Of a stretch of 64,000 nucleotides of DNA, positions 19,032 to 28,932 are shown piece after piece. Position 1 is the stretch's first letter; every line of letters begins with the position of its first letter. The translations under genes were made by a program, and so were the position numbers. The DNA is taken from assembly GCA_963668315.1 (NCBI GenBank), contig OY764216.1:160001-224000 (forward strand), in the 5' to 3' direction. The notes beneath the pieces are model-generated. The model had not been told where the DNA came from. It ran no database searches and worked only from the letters and a program-made list of their open reading frames with translations. The DNA is from Spirochaetia bacterium. Lineage in GTDB: Bacteria > Spirochaetota > Spirochaetia > DSM-2461.

Positions 19032-21428
19032 ATGAAGGGAAAAGCAGTTGTTCTCCTATTCCTTCTATCCGGTTTTCTATTCTGTCAGGATCCGGAACCT
19101 CTCATTTTCGGAATAGTGCCCACGTCCCCGCCTGTCATGTATCTGGACGAAAAGGGAAATCCCTCAGGATTCGCCGTGGAACTATTCATCCAAGCCATGA
19201 AAACGCTGCATATTTCCTATGAGTTTCGCGTTCTCAATTTTGAAGAGATGTACAGGGGGCTTCTGTCGAGAGAGGTCGACTTCTTCCCCGCCCTGCTCTA
19301 CTCAGAGGAGAGGGCCGAAGCGCTTTATTATGCCCCCGACCCTGTCGGGACATCCTGGGGCGCCCTTTTTGTCAATGAGAAAAGCACCTTCAAGGATATA
19401 TACGACATCAGGCATCAGCTTATCGGGATAGTCAGTGGAGACAGAAACGGCAGTAATTTCGAGGATTTTATTAAGGATATGGATATTCCCTGCCGCCTGC
19501 AGGAGTATGAGAATTACAACGACCTCTTCGAAGCTGTCAGAGAAGAGAAAATCTTCGGAGGAATCAGCAGTAATCACCACCAGAGGAATGTGAAGGGGAT
19601 TAAGCAGACAAGCATCGTCTTCAGACCGGAACCGGTTTACTGCGTCACGGGAATAGACAATCCCAACCGGGAAGCGGTGGAAAGAATCGCCGCCTACGTA
19701 CAGCAGCTGAAATCGGAACCCGATTCCCTTTATTACCGTCTTGAGGAGAAGTGGTACTACCCGGCTACCGACCGCCTGTCCAAACGGCTGAAGCTGTATC
19801 TGTTGGCGGCCCTAATCGCGGTCTTTCTCTTTATCATTCATATTTTCGCCAAAAATTTCTATTTGAGCAGAGAAGTCCAGCGCCAATTGGAAGAGAGGGA
19901 GAAAGAAGAGGATAAGAGGCTGAAAGTAGAGTTGAAGAATGACTTTCTCTCCTCCATCAGCCATGAACTCCGAACCCCCATGAATATTATCACCAGCCTG
20001 GCCTACCTGCTCTCGCAGACAAACCTGGATGCGAACCAGAGGGAAAAGATAGAACAGATCAATAATGCCTCCCATCTTCTTCTGGACATTATCAATAATT
20101 TTCTGGATTTCAACCGCCTGGAAAAGGGCAAGGTGGAACTGGAGGAAAGGACCTTTTCCCTTAAGGAGGAACTGAACGGTCTTCTCACTCTCTTCACCGA
20201 AGAAATTAAGAAAAAGGGCCTCTGCTTTGAGATCCACATGGGAGAAGGGATTCCCCCCTACCTGAGGGGAGACCCGTACAGGCTGAGTCAGATCATAACC
20301 AATCTAATGAACAACGCAATCAAATTCTCCAGCCGGGGAACGATTGTGTTCTCAGCGGATCTCAAGGGCGTAAGCGGGGCTATGAATCTTATCGAATTTT
20401 CCATCAAAGACGACGGCATAGGGATAGAACCGGACAAACAGAAGAAGCTGTTCACTCCCTTTTCCCAGGCGGACAGCAGCATTACCCGGCAGTTCGGCGG
20501 CAGCGGTCTGGGACTGGCCATCTGTTCCGAGCTCATTCGCCTTATGGGGGGCACGGTGATGGTCAGGAGTCTGCCGGGAGAAGGGACAATCATCTCCTTC
20601 ATCATTCCCTTTGCTCCCGCCGATGAAGAGAGTTACGAGCCGAGGAGCCCGGACAAGCGGCTAGACCGATTCCAGGGGGCCAGACTGCTCTACGCCGAGG
20701 ATAACCGGATAAACAGGGATATAGGCAAGGAGTTGTTCCGCATGGCCGGACTGCAGATCGAAACCGTTGAAAACGGGCAGCTTGCCCTGGAGAGGACGGA
20801 CAGAAACAGATACGATCTCATATTAATGGATATCCAGATGCCTGTCATGGACGGGCTGACAGCCACGGGGCTTATCAGGGAACGGGAGAGAAGGGAAAAA
20901 CGGAAACCCATTCCCATCGTGGCCCTTTCGGCCCATTTTCTCGATGAGGACATCAGAAAAGCCCGGGAAGCCGGAATGGACGACTACCTGACAAAACCCA
21001 TTTCCCTGGACGATCTGAACAATCTTTTTCACAAATGGCTTGAGCCTTTCTGCCTGAAAACCAGAAAAGTGTCCCTGCCGGAGAAGTATCAATACCCTCC
21101 TATCCCCGGAATCGATATGGATGAGGTACTGGAGAGGTTCGACGGGAATTACGAACTTATTCTGGACAGCCTGGGCAGTTTCATAAACGACTATGCCCTG
21201 ACGCCCGCGCAGCTTCTCTCCCTGGCCGGGGAGGCGGACAGGGAGAAGCTGTCCCGCCTTATCCATACCCTCAAAGGCGTGCTGGGCAGTCTGGGAGCGG
21301 CATCCCTCTTCGAGGAGGTCTGCCTGCTGGAAGAAGACCTTAAGAATAACCGGAAAATTCCCGATAGAGTAGAAGGGTTTTCCCATAATCTGGAAGAGTT
21401 CATAAGCAGGCTGGAGGGCAATCTGTGA
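19032..21428 (+). CDS. Hybrid sensor kinase (periplasmic binding domain-HisKA-HATPase-REC-Hpt)
   Basis: SHELRTPM, NLMNNAIKF, GGSGLGL, LMDIQMPVMDG and HTLKG motifs. Confidence 0.93.
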   Translation: MKGKAVVLLFLLSGFLFCQDPEPLIFGIVPTSPPVMYLDEKGNPSGFAVELFIQAMKTLHISYEFRVLNFEEMYRGLLSREVDFFPALLYSEERAEALYYAPDPVGTSWGALFVNEKSTFKDIYDIRHQLIGIVSGDRNGSNFEDFIKDMDIPCRLQEYENYNDLFEAVREEKIFGGISSNHHQRNVKGIKQTSIVFRPEPVYCVTGIDNPNREAVERIAAYVQQLKSEPDSLYYRLEEKWYYPATDRLSKRLKLYLLAALIAVFLFIIHIFAKNFYLSREVQRQLEEREKEEDKRLKVELKNDFLSSISHELRTPMNIITSLAYLLSQTNLDANQREKIEQINNASHLLLDIINNFLDFNRLEKGKVELEERTFSLKEELNGLLTLFTEEIKKKGLCFEIHMGEGIPPYLRGDPYRLSQIITNLMNNAIKFSSRGTIVFSADLKGVSGAMNLIEFSIKDDGIGIEPDKQKKLFTPFSQADSSITRQFGGSGLGLAICSELIRLMGGTVMVRSLPGEGTIISFIIPFAPADEESYEPRSPDKRLDRFQGARLLYAEDNRINRDIGKELFRMAGLQIETVENGQLALERTDRNRYDLILMDIQMPVMDGLTATGLIRERERREKRKPIPIVALSAHFLDEDIRKAREAGMDDYLTKPISLDDLNNLFHKWLEPFCLKTRKVSLPEKYQYPPIPGIDMDEVLERFDGNYELILDSLGSFINDYALTPAQLLSLAGEADREKLSRLIHTLKGVLGSLGAASLFEEVCLLEEDLKNNRKIPDRVEGFSHNLEEFISRLEGNL

Positions 21429-21877
21429 GTAAAAGCTACCGTGTTTTCACTGCCAGGGAAGAGCTGGATCATCTGGAAGAAGTGTACGGAGATCAGAAAA
21501 ACCGGCTCATGGAAGTGATAAAGGATAATCTTCAGATTCTCCAGACCAGATCACAGACGGTTCTTGGACTCTGCACTATCTGTCTGACCATAACGGGCTT
21601 CTCCGGCCCCCGGATAGCCGAATCGGGGAAGACGGCGGCGGCCAGCGTTGTATCGGGACTGTTTTTCGTGGTCCTGTCCACCCTTTTTATCGTCATCGGA
21701 CCTCTGCGCCTGCAATGGATAACCCGGGTCTGGAAGGACGACTGGCGTGAGACGGCCGTCATGCTTCTGGAGAGACGCAACAGAAGGACCCGCCTCTTTA
21801 CCGTCAGTACAGCCTGCCTCATCATAGGCATGAGCTCTTACATGACGGGGCTGGCCCTCTATCTTTTCTCCTTCTAG
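21425..21877 (+). CDS. Hypothetical membrane protein
   Basis: 150 aa, about 3 TM segments, GTGA overlap with the kinase stop, SD GGAGG. Confidence 0.7.
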   Translation: MSKSYRVFTAREELDHLEEVYGDQKNRLMEVIKDNLQILQTRSQTVLGLCTICLTITGFSGPRIAESGKTAAASVVSGLFFVVLSTLFIVIGPLRLQWITRVWKDDWRETAVMLLERRNRRTRLFTVSTACLIIGMSSYMTGLALYLFSF

Positions 21878-21895
21878 CTCAGGTATACTGTTCCC

Positions 21896-22825
21896 ATGAA
21901 AAACATCGAATCTGTTCTGATAGTCGGAGCGGGGGCTCTGGGTCTTTTGTATATGCCGCCCCTTCATAACGTACTGGGAGACCGGTGCCGTTTCCTGGCG
22001 GGCGATGACCGTTACGAATCCCTTCGGGACAGGGAATTCCTGATCAACGGCGAGAAAGCCCGCTTCCCCGTGACCCGAGCCGGAGACCTGACCGAAAAGG
22101 CGGATCTTCTGCTGATCGCGGTGAAGAATCACCATCTGGAAGCCATCGCCCCCCTTATAGAGAAAGCGGCCGGACCGGAAACAGTTATCGTTTCGGTGCT
22201 GAACGGCATAGACAGCGAGGACTTTCTCTCTGCCCGCTGCCCCGATTCCACCGTTTTGCCCTGTGCCGTTCTGGGAATGGATGCGGTCAAGGAGGGAGAT
22301 TCCCTCAGCTTTACCACCTGGGGCAAATTCATGGTAAGCACAAGGGACAACAACCGGGAAGCGCCCGAACTGAAAGCCTTTACCGGCCTGCTGACAAAAG
22401 CTGGACTTGCCTACGTGATTCCCGAAGATATCCAGAGGGAACTCTGGTACAAATGGATGATAAACATAGGGATCAACCAGACTTCCGCCGTCACGGGAGC
22501 CGACTACGGCGAGTTCCAGAAGGAACGCGAGGTTTACGACCTTATGAGAGAAGCCATGAAAGAGACCATCGCCGTGGCCCGGAAAGCCGGTGTGGATCTG
22601 CGGGAAGAGGATCTGGAATCCTGGCGGAAGGTTCTCCATACGCTGGGAATAAAAGGGAAAACCTCCATGCTCCAGGACATGGAAGCGGGCCGGCCCACCG
22701 AAGTGGACTGTTTCGCCGGTAAGCTGGTCGCCCTGGCCGAAGAGCTGGGCGTGGCCGCTCCCGTGAACAGGACTCTCTACCGCATCATCAAAACCCGGGA
22801 CTATTTACGAGAATCGGTCGACTAA
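21896..22825 (+). CDS. panE: Ketopantoate reductase family protein
   Basis: GAGALG, SVLNG, WYKWMINIGIN and TSMLQDMEAGRPTEVD motifs. Confidence 0.88.
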   Translation: MKNIESVLIVGAGALGLLYMPPLHNVLGDRCRFLAGDDRYESLRDREFLINGEKARFPVTRAGDLTEKADLLLIAVKNHHLEAIAPLIEKAAGPETVIVSVLNGIDSEDFLSARCPDSTVLPCAVLGMDAVKEGDSLSFTTWGKFMVSTRDNNREAPELKAFTGLLTKAGLAYVIPEDIQRELWYKWMINIGINQTSAVTGADYGEFQKEREVYDLMREAMKETIAVARKAGVDLREEDLESWRKVLHTLGIKGKTSMLQDMEAGRPTEVDCFAGKLVALAEELGVAAPVNRTLYRIIKTRDYLRESVD

Positions 22826-23290
22826 GAGCTGGATCTTCTCCTCAAGGGGCTTATCTATATCGAGGATGAGCCCGTATTCCGGCTCTTCCAGATCGGCGAA
22901 CTGACTCTTGAGCATATCCGCCTTGAAGTAGTGGTTCTTACGGGATGCCATACGGGCGTGGATCGTTTCATATGTGCCCCTGAGGTAAACCCATTTCACC
23001 GGTTCGGAAAGCCCCTCCCCCAGAAAGCGGCGGTATGACTCCTTGAGGGCGGAACAGGTGAATACGGCCGATTCGCCGGTTCGCTGAAACTCGCCGATCC
23101 TTTCGCGGATGGCCGCCAGCCAGGGCCACCGGTCATCGTCATTGAGGGGATGGCCGCTGCTCATCTTCTGAATATTCGCTTCGGGATGAAAACTGTCCGC
23201 TTCCAGATAGGGCCATCCCAGCTTTTCCGCCGATTTTTCTCCCAATGTGGTTTTTCCGCATCCGCTGACACCCATAATGATAACAATCAT
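22805..23290 (-). CDS. gntK: Gluconokinase
   Basis: MGVSGCGKTT, DSFHPEANIQKM..G.PLNDDDRWPWL and CSALKESYR motifs. Confidence 0.93.
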   Translation of the reverse strand: MIVIIMGVSGCGKTTLGEKSAEKLGWPYLEADSFHPEANIQKMSSGHPLNDDDRWPWLAAIRERIGEFQRTGESAVFTCSALKESYRRFLGEGLSEPVKWVYLRGTYETIHARMASRKNHYFKADMLKSQFADLEEPEYGLILDIDKPLEEKIQLLVDRFS

Positions 23291-23359
23291 AACGTCATAC
23301 CTCTTTTGACAGACTAATACAGCTTTCCCCAGCTGTCAAATATATACTATAATCCCCCC

Positions 23360-24868
23360 GTGATCCTTTTTAATCCGCCCTCCGTCAGAAACTGCGAACC
23401 TCCCGTCGGCCTGAGCCGCCTTGCCGGCGCTCTCCTGGAAGCGGGAGAACCGGTTACCCTGATAGACGGAGCCCGGGAAGCCCCGGAATACCTGGCCGCG
23501 GCGGCGCAGAGCTCCCGGGATGCTCAGATAAAACGGGTCGTCAAATCCCGGGACAGAATACTCCATCTTCTCACGACCGAAGAGGGGTACCGTTCCTTCG
23601 ACCGTTACCGAAAAGCCCTTTCCGACTATCTCCGCCTCCTGAATGCGCCCCTGCCTCCGGGAATCCAGCTCACCCCGTCGGACTGCCGCTATGAGGGCTT
23701 CTCCCCCTTAAGAAGCAGCGATATCCTCCGGGTCATGGACCGCCCGGAGGAGCACTTCCTCTTTCCCTGGTTTTCCCGACGGCTGGACGGCCTGCTCTCG
23801 GGCAAGGAGGACAAACTGGGAATCTCCCTGAACTTCCAGAGTCAGGTTCTGACAACGGCCGCCGTCATCGGCTATCTGCAGCGGGAGCATCGGGACGTCA
23901 GGCTGATCATGGGGGGCGGCCTTGTCACCTCCTGGAGCCGCACTCCCGGGCTGGATGTCCTCCCCTTCACTGGCATCCGCCTCTCTCCCGGGAGGGGGGA
24001 AGAGGAGATCGTCCGGTTCTGCGAAAGGGAATACAAAGGTCCGGGGCTCCCCTTTTTCGGCGATCTCTTTGATCACGCCCATATCGCCCCCGTGCCGATC
24101 CTGCCCTATGCCGCCGCGAACGGCTGCTCCTGGAAGCGCTGTACCTTCTGCGCCGAACGCTGGGAGGACTACCCCTACTGCGAGCTCTCGACGGAGACCT
24201 CCCTGGACCAGATAAGATCTCTCGCCGATCGGCATAACCCCGGCCTGATCCATCTGACAGACAGCGAAATCAGCCCCGCTCTCCTGAGAGGTCTGATCGA
24301 ATCGCCCCCGGGCATCCCCTGGTACGGATTCAGCCGTATTCTCAAGGAAATGGTTAAGCCCGATTACTGCCGCCGCCTGGCCGCTTCGGGCTGCCGGATG
24401 CTCTGTCTGGGACTGGAATCGGGGGACCAGAATGTTCTGAACAGCATGAAGAAGGGCATCAGGACCGATAGGATTTCGGCGGTTCTGAACAACCTCAAGG
24501 ACGCCGGGATAGGCTCTTTTGTGTACCTTCTCTTCGGCACGCCCGCCGAAGAGAGGGACGCCGCCCTCCGGACCCGGGATTTCGTTCTGGGCCACAGGGA
24601 ATGCATCGACTACATGAATCTGGCCGTCTTCACCATGCCCCGGCTCAGCGGGGAGGCGGCAGGTCTGGCCACGTCGGAGTTCTACGAGGGGGACCTCTCC
24701 CTTTCGATCGATTTTACCCATCCGTCCGGATGGAACCGACGGGAAGTCCGCCGTTTTCTGGACCGGGAATTCCGGGGTGTTCCTGAACTCAGGGATATAC
24801 TGAAAAGGACCCCTCCGGTATATACGTCCAGCCATGGGCCGTTTTTTCTCGGAAAAACATTTTTTTGA
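23360..24868 (+). CDS. Radical SAM protein with B12-binding-like N-terminus
   Basis: GCSWKRCTFC (CxxxCxxC), GLESG and YLLFGTP motifs. Confidence 0.85.
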   Translation: MILFNPPSVRNCEPPVGLSRLAGALLEAGEPVTLIDGAREAPEYLAAAAQSSRDAQIKRVVKSRDRILHLLTTEEGYRSFDRYRKALSDYLRLLNAPLPPGIQLTPSDCRYEGFSPLRSSDILRVMDRPEEHFLFPWFSRRLDGLLSGKEDKLGISLNFQSQVLTTAAVIGYLQREHRDVRLIMGGGLVTSWSRTPGLDVLPFTGIRLSPGRGEEEIVRFCEREYKGPGLPFFGDLFDHAHIAPVPILPYAAANGCSWKRCTFCAERWEDYPYCELSTETSLDQIRSLADRHNPGLIHLTDSEISPALLRGLIESPPGIPWYGFSRILKEMVKPDYCRRLAASGCRMLCLGLESGDQNVLNSMKKGIRTDRISAVLNNLKDAGIGSFVYLLFGTPAEERDAALRTRDFVLGHRECIDYMNLAVFTMPRLSGEAAGLATSEFYEGDLSLSIDFTHPSGWNRREVRRFLDREFRGVPELRDILKRTPPVYTSSHGPFFLGKTFF

Positions 24869-24959
24869 AAAAAATACCTGTTCTTTTTTGTTCTTTGATG
24901 ATAACCTTTGCCATAAAAAATTAAAAAAGTAGAAAAAATCATTTTCAGGAGAGATTTCA

Positions 24960-25355
24960 ATGAAAAAGAAATCAGTTTTATTTGTAGCGGCGCTTCTCGT
25001 TTCGTTTCTGTTATTGGTTAGTTGTGATGATGGTTCGGGTAACTCGGGAAGTTCTCTTTCCGTAGCCCCTCCTTCATGGATAATCGGCACTTGGAGTGGT
25101 ACTTTCATGGGAGTATCGATGACATATGAATTCACAAGTAATGACATAGTTGTGACTGCATACGGATACACCAGCAGTATTTTAACTGGACTATCTTCTC
25201 TAACAGAAGATGTTGTCAGCGATACGGAATACAAAATAACCTGCACCGAGTCCGATCCCGAACCTGATGAAGATGCAACTTCAACGAGTGACTTTGTCAA
25301 AGACAGCAGCACACAATTCACACTTAACGGATTTTTAGTTTTTACAAAACAGTAG
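24960..25355 (+). CDS. Hypothetical lipoprotein
   Basis: MKKK + hydrophobic core + LVSC lipobox; AT-rich sequence. Confidence 0.8.
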   Translation: MKKKSVLFVAALLVSFLLLVSCDDGSGNSGSSLSVAPPSWIIGTWSGTFMGVSMTYEFTSNDIVVTAYGYTSSILTGLSSLTEDVVSDTEYKITCTESDPEPDEDATSTSDFVKDSSTQFTLNGFLVFTKQ

Positions 25356-25367
25356 AATACACAGTAG

Positions 25368-25403
25368 ATGGGGGTCGCCAGGAAAGGCGATTCCCCATTT
25401 TTT
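25368..25403 (+). terminator. Intrinsic terminator
   Basis: ATGGGGGTCGCC/GGCGATTCCCCAT stem followed by a T-run. Confidence 0.8.
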
Positions 25404-25441
25404 ACCTGCAGGGCACGGCTTATGAGAGAATCAGATTGAAT

Positions 25442-27379
25442 TCAGCAGAGATTTCCCTTCATGCCGAAAGTATCCACCAGTTTGACCATCGTATCAAGAT
25501 TGCTCATAATGTTCTGAAGACCTTCGGCTCTTTCTGAAATATTGTTCTCAATGACTTTTGAGCTTGCCGCCAGGCGCTCTATTCCCTCATGAATAAGATT
25601 CCCCATTTCCTTCGCATTATACTGGGATGATGAAATCTCGTTACTCCTTCCCCTGAGGATAGCCATATTACTGACAAGTTCGTCGACAGGCTCCTTTGAA
25701 CTCTTCACGCTTGTATCCGTCTTTTCGGAAAGGCTCTTAACCTCCCTTGCAATAATACTGAATCCTCTTCCGGCGTTTCCCGCCCGGGCGGCTTCGATGG
25801 AAGCGTTGAAACTTAACAGACTGATTAGTCCGGAAATATCCTCTATCTCAAGAAAAACTTTTCCGATGTGTTCCGCATTTGATCCGAGATCTTGAAGACC
25901 GCTGCTAATCTCATTTCCAAGCTGACTTGAGCGGTCTATCGTTTCATACAGTGCAGAAAAATTGGCATAGATATCTTTTAAAAGTTTATCGTTCTCGACG
26001 GCTTTGTCCATGGAATCCCTGAATAGACTGCTCACAAGGCTTATGTTTTCTCTGCTGGTTTCCCATACACTATCTTTAATTACCATTATCTTCGTGAGCT
26101 GATTGATGGTGCGATGCAGAAAAAACTCACGAAACGCGGAATATTTCTGAATAAACCCGTCAATATATTCGTCATAAAAACGCGCTCCCTTTTCAACTTT
26201 ATAGAACATGACCGCCGTAAGAGTCTGATTTATATTTACCCCCAGCAGTTCTCCAAAGGTTGAAAATCCAGCGACGGGAAGAGAATCAAAGGTATGGACA
26301 TTTGCTAATTCAGAATCATTTATAAGCCTTCTCAGAATACAGTCATTCAGTATTCCTCCAAGAAGAACCCCCTCTTTATTTTCCTGAAATCTGGCGAAAT
26401 CCTTGTCAAGCGATGAGATGAAGTCGGTATGCTTAACCAGAACAAGCTCGTCGCCGAATGCGACATCACAGTAGAAATGAATCTTCCGGTCAAGATAATC
26501 AATATTGGCTATGGAACGGACATAGATATCATCATTGATAACCAAGGCAAAGCTGTAATGCTCAAGATTTTTTTCAAGAGATTCCTCTTTGCAATGGAAG
26601 TGGCTGCACAACTCCGAGATAATATCGGCGACATGTCCCTCATCACCCTTGAAAACGGAGCTTACGGTCCGCTTACCAGGATCTGCCTGGGCAACGGTAA
26701 AGGAGTGGGAGGTAAGCTCAAAGTTCTGTGATTTGAAGATTCCGGCCCGAATGTTCTCTTTGAGACGGATAATGGTTATGACGGCCTTATTTTGAACAAC
26801 CCGGTTATTATCATAAAGATATGTATTCTGAAAATCCAGCTTGCCTCCCGCCGAACCGCCTATAAAGAGGCAGGGGATCTTCCCGGATTTATAAACGGCT
26901 TCCATGAAGAAATTCTCACTTCTGGAAAGCCCGTCTATAAGCGTGTAGGCAAGGCAGTTCTCATGCGATACAGGAAAGGACAGCCTGATTTTATTCAGCT
27001 CCTGTTCAATTGAGGAGATCTTTTTCTCCGGATCGGCATCGATGTCGTATAGATCAACGGTTTTGATATCGACCCTGTCGATAAGATCTGATGAAAAGCA
27101 TTGAAGAACAATGTTCTGACGATTATCGCCTGACAGATGATAGAGAGGCGCTGCGTCCCGACGGCTGCACAACTCCCCCGCGGTTGTTGTTAATACCAGG
27201 GGGACAGAACCGCATAAGGAGTTTAGTTTCTCAACAGCAGAGGGAAAATCGATATCGGGAGAGATAAATCCCAGCACAAGTTTTGTATTCTCAGGAATAG
27301 GATCATCCGATTTGTTCAAAGACTCCAAATCGTGATAAGTAATATTGATAATATTTATATATTCCTTTCTTAATTCCAC
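25442..27379 (-). CDS. Soluble methyl-accepting chemotaxis protein with FIST sensor domain
   Basis: TTAGEL, GGSAGG, DCILRR and GFSTFGE (FIST); LLSFNASIEAARAGNAGRGFSIIAREV (MCP hairpin); no clear TM segment. Confidence 0.88.
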   Translation of the reverse strand: MELRKEYINIINITYHDLESLNKSDDPIPENTKLVLGFISPDIDFPSAVEKLNSLCGSVPLVLTTTAGELCSRRDAAPLYHLSGDNRQNIVLQCFSSDLIDRVDIKTVDLYDIDADPEKKISSIEQELNKIRLSFPVSHENCLAYTLIDGLSRSENFFMEAVYKSGKIPCLFIGGSAGGKLDFQNTYLYDNNRVVQNKAVITIIRLKENIRAGIFKSQNFELTSHSFTVAQADPGKRTVSSVFKGDEGHVADIISELCSHFHCKEESLEKNLEHYSFALVINDDIYVRSIANIDYLDRKIHFYCDVAFGDELVLVKHTDFISSLDKDFARFQENKEGVLLGGILNDCILRRLINDSELANVHTFDSLPVAGFSTFGELLGVNINQTLTAVMFYKVEKGARFYDEYIDGFIQKYSAFREFFLHRTINQLTKIMVIKDSVWETSRENISLVSSLFRDSMDKAVENDKLLKDIYANFSALYETIDRSSQLGNEISSGLQDLGSNAEHIGKVFLEIEDISGLISLLSFNASIEAARAGNAGRGFSIIAREVKSLSEKTDTSVKSSKEPVDELVSNMAILRGRSNEISSSQYNAKEMGNLIHEGIERLAASSKVIENNISERAEGLQNIMSNLDTMVKLVDTFGMKGNLC

Positions 27380-27658
27380 TTGAATACCTCTTTTACATAG
27401 GGATTACTAAATCTATTTCGTAAATACTGGATTTTTATAAGTTTATCGTCAGGGGGGCATGATATCTTTATCTCTTTTTTGCTCTATATGTGTAACCTAT
27501 GCACATATTGGGTACAATGATTAATTCAGAACCGGTCAGCCATCATCCAGCTGTGCCGGTTCCGGATTTTTCAGAAAAGAGAAGTAATCCGCATCGGAGT
27601 ACGGGCCCTCTCCCGATTCTTCATTGACACCTGCCCGTAACCGTGCTAAAAGAAACAA

Positions 27659-28906
27659 ATGCACACAAAAAAAATCCATCCCCTGTTCGCCACGCTTTTC
27701 TCCCTGAAGGGTACTCCGGCCGTCAGCATTTATACCGAACCCCTCTGGGGCATTCCCTATAACCTTTACGTGACCTATGCCTCCCTGTATATGCTGGCCC
27801 TTGGGCTGAATGAGGGGCAGATAGGCCTCATCGCCTCTTTCGGACTGACCTGCCAGGTTTTCTTCACCTTCATCAGCGGAGCCGTGACGGACAAGCTGGG
27901 CCGCAGGTGGACGACGTTCATTTTCGACAGTATCAGCTGGGGCATCTCCACGTTCATCTGGGCCATCGCTCAGAATGTCTATTTTTTCATCGCCGCCGCC
28001 TTCTTCAACAGTATATTCAAGATTACCCAGAACTCCTGGACCCTTCTCATGACCGAGGACGCCCCCAAAAGCAAGCTGGTCCATATCTTCACCCTGATTC
28101 AGATAGCCCTGCTTCTTTCCGGTTTTTTCGCTCCTCTGGCGGGACTTCTGGTCAACAAAATGACCCTTATTCCGGCGGTGCGTATTCTCTACGCCATAGC
28201 CTGTGTTTCCATGCTGACGAAGTTCGTGCTTCTTCTCGTCTTCAGCCAGGAGACGGAAAGGGGCGTGATCCGCATGGAAGCCACCCGGGGGGTTCCCCTC
28301 TTCAAACTGATAGGCGGCATCAAAGGCAGCTTCGGAAAGTTTATCTCCGCCCCTCAGACGGTGAAGGCCTTCTTTATCCTCCTCTCCGTCTCATCCTATA
28401 CGATCCTGAAGGATACCTTCTGGTCCATTCAGGTGTTCAAGAACCTTCAGTTTTCCGAAAGCAGCATAGCCCTTTTTCCCCTGGTTAAATCCATAACCAT
28501 GCTGACCGTATTCCTGGGGGCCACGCCCTTCTTTCACGGCAGCCGTTTCAAAGCGCCCCTCTCCATGGGTTTCATCGTACTGGCTACGGCCAATGTCCTC
28601 CTGATTCTCTGCCCCGCCCGCAATTTCCCCATTCTGATACTCAGCACCGTTCTGGACGCTCTGGCCCTGGCTTTTATCAAACCCTGGACGGATACCCTTG
28701 TCTACAAAGCGGTGGAGGACGAAGACCGGGCGGGCATCATGGCGGTGATCAATCTGCTGGTGGTGCTTCTTTCCACTCCCTTCGGGTGGCTGGGCGGGCT
28801 GCTCTCGGGACTGAACCCGGCCTATCCCTTCCTGATGGTCATCGTGATAGCCCTGGCCGCTACGATTCTTATTCTTTCTATTCATCGCATCGAAACGGAG
28901 GATTGA
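27659..28906 (+). CDS. MFS transporter
   Basis: GAVTDKLGRR motif A; about 12 TM segments. Confidence 0.9.
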   Translation: MHTKKIHPLFATLFSLKGTPAVSIYTEPLWGIPYNLYVTYASLYMLALGLNEGQIGLIASFGLTCQVFFTFISGAVTDKLGRRWTTFIFDSISWGISTFIWAIAQNVYFFIAAAFFNSIFKITQNSWTLLMTEDAPKSKLVHIFTLIQIALLLSGFFAPLAGLLVNKMTLIPAVRILYAIACVSMLTKFVLLLVFSQETERGVIRMEATRGVPLFKLIGGIKGSFGKFISAPQTVKAFFILLSVSSYTILKDTFWSIQVFKNLQFSESSIALFPLVKSITMLTVFLGATPFFHGSRFKAPLSMGFIVLATANVLLILCPARNFPILILSTVLDALALAFIKPWTDTLVYKAVEDEDRAGIMAVINLLVVLLSTPFGWLGGLLSGLNPAYPFLMVIVIALAATILILSIHRIETED

Positions 28907-28932
28907 TCAGCCCGGAATAATATGTAAAATAT

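Noticed and set aside
23305..23340. TTTGACAG...CTGTCAAA inverted repeat between gntK and the radical SAM gene
   Set aside because: One arm is the -35 box of the gntK promoter (TTGACA-17-TAGTCT), and the 20-bp spacer is too long to support an operator call.
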